Position numbers and translations under genes: made by a program | The notes under the pieces: generated by a model | Seen by the model: only the letters and a program-made list of their open reading frames with translations | Told to the model about the DNA's origin: nothing | The model's database searches: none | DNA from: an uncultured Verrucomicrobiae bacterium | GTDB taxonomy: Bacteria > Verrucomicrobiota > Verrucomicrobiia > Chthoniobacterales > JAFAMB01 | Assembly (NCBI GenBank): GCA_963813025.1 | Contig: CAWEXO010000008.1 | Span: 1-64,000, forward strand | Direction of reading: 5' to 3' | DNA: 64,000 bases | Shown here: positions 60,076-64,000 of the stretch, in pieces | Layout of the letters: every line of letters begins with the position of its first letter | How positions within the stretch are numbered: the first letter of the stretch is position 1

Positions 60076-61423
60076 TCAGCCAATCGGCTGATCGGCTAAT
60101 CGGCTATTTGCCATCACGGCCGTCAGGCCGCGCCTACTCGGGACTCCCGACTCGCCACTCGCGGACTCGTAACTACCTATCAACAGCACCATCAGCGCCG
60201 TCAAAAGGCACAACAAACCGGCCCCGCCAAACGCCAGGTTATAATCACCTAGATCCACCCGAATCGCTCCGGCCACCGACGCCGCAAACGCTGCCCCGAG
60301 TTGATGCGCTACGAATACCCATCCGAAGACTAATGCGCTGAGTTCATTGCCGAAAATGCGCCCGCACAACTGTACCGTTGGCGGCACCGTCGCGATCCAA
60401 TCCAGGCCATAGAAAACCGTGAACACGCCTAGGACTGTGCTCGGACCGGTGATGGCCCAAGGCAACATCATGAGAGCGATCCCGCGCAACCCATAATACG
60501 CAAACAAAAGGAAACGCGCGTCCAGCCGATCGGATAACCAGCCTGAAAACGTCGTTCCGAAAATGTCGAAAATGCCCATCACGGCGAGCAACCCAGCCGC
60601 TCTGACCTCCGGCATTCCGGCATCGACACAAGCCGGTACCAGGTGCGTACCGATCAACCCATTCGTACTGGCGCCACAGATGAAAAAGCTGCCGGCCAAT
60701 AACCAGAAATCCCGTTTCGAGCAGGCGATCCTCAGCGTCTGCAAGGGAAGCGCGAGTGCCGCGCGCAGATCGAATTTTTCTCCTTCCACCGGTGGTCGAC
60801 CGGTCCTGGAATCCCCATACGGCACTTCACCGATTTCTGCGGGCGAGCCCCTCATGAAAATGATGATTAACGGAACCGCCGCAATACTGGTCAAGGCAAT
60901 GGCGAGCGCCGCGGCTCCGCCAGCCGTGGTGCACGATCAATGAAGCCAGAAAAGGGAGAAAGATCAGCTGACCTGTCGCGGTGCTTGCGCTCAGCAGGCC
61001 CAGCACCAGCCCGCGGTTCCGCGTAAACCAGCGATTGACCAGGGTCGCCGCACTCGCCATCGCCACCAGGCCGGAACCCGTGCCGACCAGCAAACCCCAA
61101 ATCAAAATCAGGTGCCACACCTGTCTCATGAAAACGGTGAGAAAGACGGCAACACCGAGCAAGACAAAGGCAAAAGCCAAAGTCCGACGCGTTCCCAACC
61201 TTTTTAGAAAAGCGGCCGCGAACGGTCCGCCCAAACCATAAAGGATTAGATTGATCGAAATCGCGAAGGAAATGGCCGTGCGCGACCAGTGGAACTCCTG
61301 TTCAAACGGCACGATAAAAACCGCCGGAGCCGCTCGCACGCCCGCCGCCAGGAGCAGCAACACAAACATCAGCGCCGCGACTATCCAAGCATAGTGGATC
61401 TTGCCTCTCCCTCTCCTACTCAT
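60076..61423 (-). pseudogene. MFS transporter with a single frameshift at ~60915
   Basis: IHYAW..RWFTRNRGL..HHGWR/[frameshift]AAALAIAL..FFICGASTNGLIGTH..DWIATVPPT. Confidence 0.8.
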
Positions 61424-61657
61424 CACTGATCGCCAATCACTAATCGCTGATCCCTCGTCCATCGTCCATTGCTTCGTTCTCGCGTAGGACGCACGGCTCG
61501 TGCGTCACCTCCCAGAGTACGGACGGGGCTGTCCGCGCTACGAAAATTACTCGGTGAGCAGTTTTATGATAGTTTGACGTTAAATATTCCGCCGAGCTAA
61601 TCCCCTTATTTATTGGATAAGCGCACATAAATACGGTATCCTTCTCCGCTTTGTCCG

Positions 61658-61915
61658 ATGAAGACGACGGTGGAAATACCTGATGCCCTATTCAAAGAGG
61701 CAAAAATTCTTGCGGCCGTCGAAGGCTTGTCGATGAAACAATTGATCACCGAATCCCTTCAACGACGGATCGCCGGAGTAACATCGGATGCGAAGATTGA
61801 GCCTCCCTGGAAACAGGCGTTCGGCGCGATGCGCTCTTATCGAAAAGAGAATCGAAGGATCGAAAGAATAATCGAGCAGCAATTCGAACGCATTGAACCC
61901 GAAGATCGACGATGA
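61658..61915 (+). CDS. vapB: VapB-like antitoxin
   Basis: MKTTVEIPDALFKEAK (RHH-like); overlaps the vapC start (ATGA). Confidence 0.8.
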   Translation: MKTTVEIPDALFKEAKILAAVEGLSMKQLITESLQRRIAGVTSDAKIEPPWKQAFGAMRSYRKENRRIERIIEQQFERIEPEDRR

Positions 61916-62289
61916 TCTTGGACACCAACGCGCTCTCGGCGTTCGCCGACGCAGATAACGATCTTTTGCCGGTTTTGGGGAGTACCCAGGATCTCTGCCT
62001 TCCGGTGATAGTACTGGGCGAATATCGATACGGCATCTCCAATTCCCGCTATCACGCCAAGTATCGTCAGTGGTTGGCCCGCGATCTAAATCTTTTCCGT
62101 ATCTTGGAAGTTTCCGAGGTTACCAGCATTCATTACGCGGAAATTCGGTCCAGTTTGAAAACGCAAGGAACACCAATCCCGGCAAACGATTGTTGGATTG
62201 CGTCTTTGGCCAAACAATACCAGTTACCAATCGTCAGCCGGGATGCCCATTTCGACGCAGTCAAAGGGATCCGGCGCGTCAACTGGTGA
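61912..62289 (+). CDS. vapC: VapC PIN-domain toxin
   Basis: MILDTNALS, VLGEY, GTPIPANDCWIA, SRDAHF. Confidence 0.9.
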   Translation: MILDTNALSAFADADNDLLPVLGSTQDLCLPVIVLGEYRYGISNSRYHAKYRQWLARDLNLFRILEVSEVTSIHYAEIRSSLKTQGTPIPANDCWIASLAKQYQLPIVSRDAHFDAVKGIRRVNW

Positions 62290-62559
62290 ATTCGCTGCCA
62301 ACCCGGAGGCTTCGAGAAACGCTGGGAACTGCAAGGTGCCGCGGGCCTGATTCACCCATCGTTCTCGCGTAGGACGCACGGCCTCGTGCGTCACTTCTCA
62401 GATTGTGGATCCGGCCGTGGCCGGACGCTACTTGGGGTCGTTCCGGGCCTTCTTCCCGCCCAAGTGCCGCGCTCCGCGCGGTTAAGGCTTCCCTCGTCCG
62501 AGCACTACCGGTATTGACGATCGGCTATTTGCTATTCGCCACCACGCTTTGGCGCGGTA

Positions 62560-63030
62560 GCCTTCGATCGGCCTTGGCCGCAGCGCCTCCCTTGCCGAGC
62601 GCACCAGTTTCATTAAAGTTATCGACGTTGGCAGAACTCTTCGACTGGTCCAGCACGACATCGAGAATTATCGAAAGGAATATCCGAAGCTGGTGGATCG
62701 AATTCGGTTTACCCAAGCTCCCGCTCCCGAGCTTCCCAGCAAAATCAAGGCCCAACAAAACGCCGGGCGCCTCGATATTGACCTGGTGCTCACTGGGCTT
62801 GACGGGCTTGCCGCCGGAATCGATCAGGACCTCTGGCTGCGACTCATTCCTGATTACGAGGAAAAGTTCCGGGACTGATGACGAATTACCTGCCTCCTGC
62901 CCTCTAGATGTGCGAACTGGGCAGCGGTGACGGCGTGACGGTCACCTATTATCCTTCCGGACCGCTCCTTGAGTACGCGCCCGAGCGCGTAAAAGATCCA
63001 CCAACCAGCACCGACGGCGGAGCAACACTT
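62560..63030 (+). pseudogene. ABC extracellular solute-binding protein remnant
   Basis: VIDVG..APAPELPSKIKAQQNAGRLDIDLVLTG*, then YYPSGPLLEY..VKDPP; stops and truncation. Confidence 0.65.
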
Positions 63031-63120
63031 CGCCTTGAACAGGAACTCCGGGTCACCGGCGAATCGCAAAGGTGGACCGTCAACCGCATCTGGCGACGGG
63101 ATTAATCCGATGGGTTCGGC

Positions 63121-63246
63121 CTACCTTTTCGGTTTCATCACCGGCTTCGGCGCGGCAGCGGCACCGCTTTTCTGTTTCGCCGCGGCGGCCTTCGCCTGCT
63201 TATGCGCCGCTTGTTTCTGCGTCGATTTTGGATTTTTGTCGCCCAT
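63121..63246 (-). CDS. Small Lys/Ala-rich basic protein (41 aa, below the ORF-track cutoff)
   Basis: MGDKNPKSTQKQAAHKQAKAAAAKQKSGAAAAPKPVMKPKR. Confidence 0.6.
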   Translation of the reverse strand: MGDKNPKSTQKQAAHKQAKAAAAKQKSGAAAAPKPVMKPKR

Positions 63247-63503
63247 AACAAACCATGATACCACACCCGGTCTCGCTGGCGCGAGTCCTAAACCAAATAT
63301 TGCGTAAAAGCGCTAGCAACAGCACTTGCCGGAAAACTGGCCTGCGAGTCGTCAATCCAGCGCCAATCCGCTCTTTCCAAATGACCGACAATCAATAGCC
63401 AATAACCAGTGAATCAGGAGCGACCGTGGGGAGTCAGCCATCGGTTATTTGCCTTGGCCCTTGGTCGTTGGTCATCGGCGATTGGTCATGGAAAATGTTG
63501 AAA

Positions 63504-64000
63504 ATGCCATCCTCGACAAAATTTCTTGCTGACTATCACGTACATACTCCTCTCTGCCGCCACGCCGTCGGGCGGCCCGAGGAATTTGTAGCCGCTGCTC
63601 GACACGCTGGTTTAAGCGAACTCGGCTTTGCGGATCACAATCCGATGCCGGAACACTTCGACGAGTGGCGCATGTCGATCGAGCAATTACCAATGTACTT
63701 TGAGTTCGTCGCGGAAGCGCGCTCGTTCGGGCTGCCTGTCCGGCTCGGGTTGGAATGCGATTTTATCCCTGGTTTCGAGCCGTGGATCGAGAAACTTGCC
63801 GCCAAAGCCGATTGGGACTTTCTCTTCGGGAGCGTCCATTATATTGCTCCGGGCTGGGACGTCGACAATCCACGGTTCATCGGGCGATTTGATGAAGGTG
63901 ACGTCGATGAGATCTGGGACCTTTACTGGAAGCGGTTTGTTCAATGCATTGACAGCGGGCTGTTCGACGCGGTCACTCACCCGGATCTGCCAAAGAAATT
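63504..64000 (+). CDS. PHP-family histidinol-phosphatase (HisJ-like), 3'-truncated by window edge
   Basis: DYHVHTPLCRHA, GFADHNPM, LGLECDF, GSVHY, THPDLPKK. Confidence 0.88.
   Translation, partial: MPSSTKFLADYHVHTPLCRHAVGRPEEFVAAARHAGLSELGFADHNPMPEHFDEWRMSIEQLPMYFEFVAEARSFGLPVRLGLECDFIPGFEPWIEKLAAKADWDFLFGSVHYIAPGWDVDNPRFIGRFDEGDVDEIWDLYWKRFVQCIDSGLFDAVTHPDLPKK

Noticed and set aside
61474..62431. Integron attC sites around vapBC
   Set aside because: The repeats have GTAG...CTAC REP form rather than RYYYAAC...GTTRRRY, and no integron integrase is present.

Overview
A 64 kb, fairly GC-rich bacterial window. Its style suggests Verrucomicrobiota (Chthoniobacterales-like); this is an inference from the kinase-TolB-TPR protein, the nusA-infB-rbfA-nrnA-truB-ribF operon without rimP, and the dense intergenic short repeats. 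Housekeeping genes (yitJ, oppBC, folE2, thyA, folA, the nusA operon, tRNA-Lys) are intact. They are interleaved with sugar/polyol uptake and catabolism loci and about 15 broken accessory genes (internal deletions, chimeras, frameshifts). Main result: a complete IS110/IS621-like element (36966-38210) inserted at a CT core in a REP-like repeat. Its 5' non-coding end folds into a bridge-RNA-like structure whose four guide segments match its own donor ends and its target, and an empty near-perfect target lies at 59598-59613. Second result: an exactly reciprocal ~16.46 kb inversion (26893-43352) that split an alpha/beta hydrolase and an FGGY kinase. Also notable: a four-helix-bundle gene bracketed by inverted heptamer arrays, with 'empty' array pairs elsewhere; an MFS-HAD fusion; a REP-flanked vapBC; and several MITE/REP families. 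All family calls come from motif recognition by eye; no searches were run.
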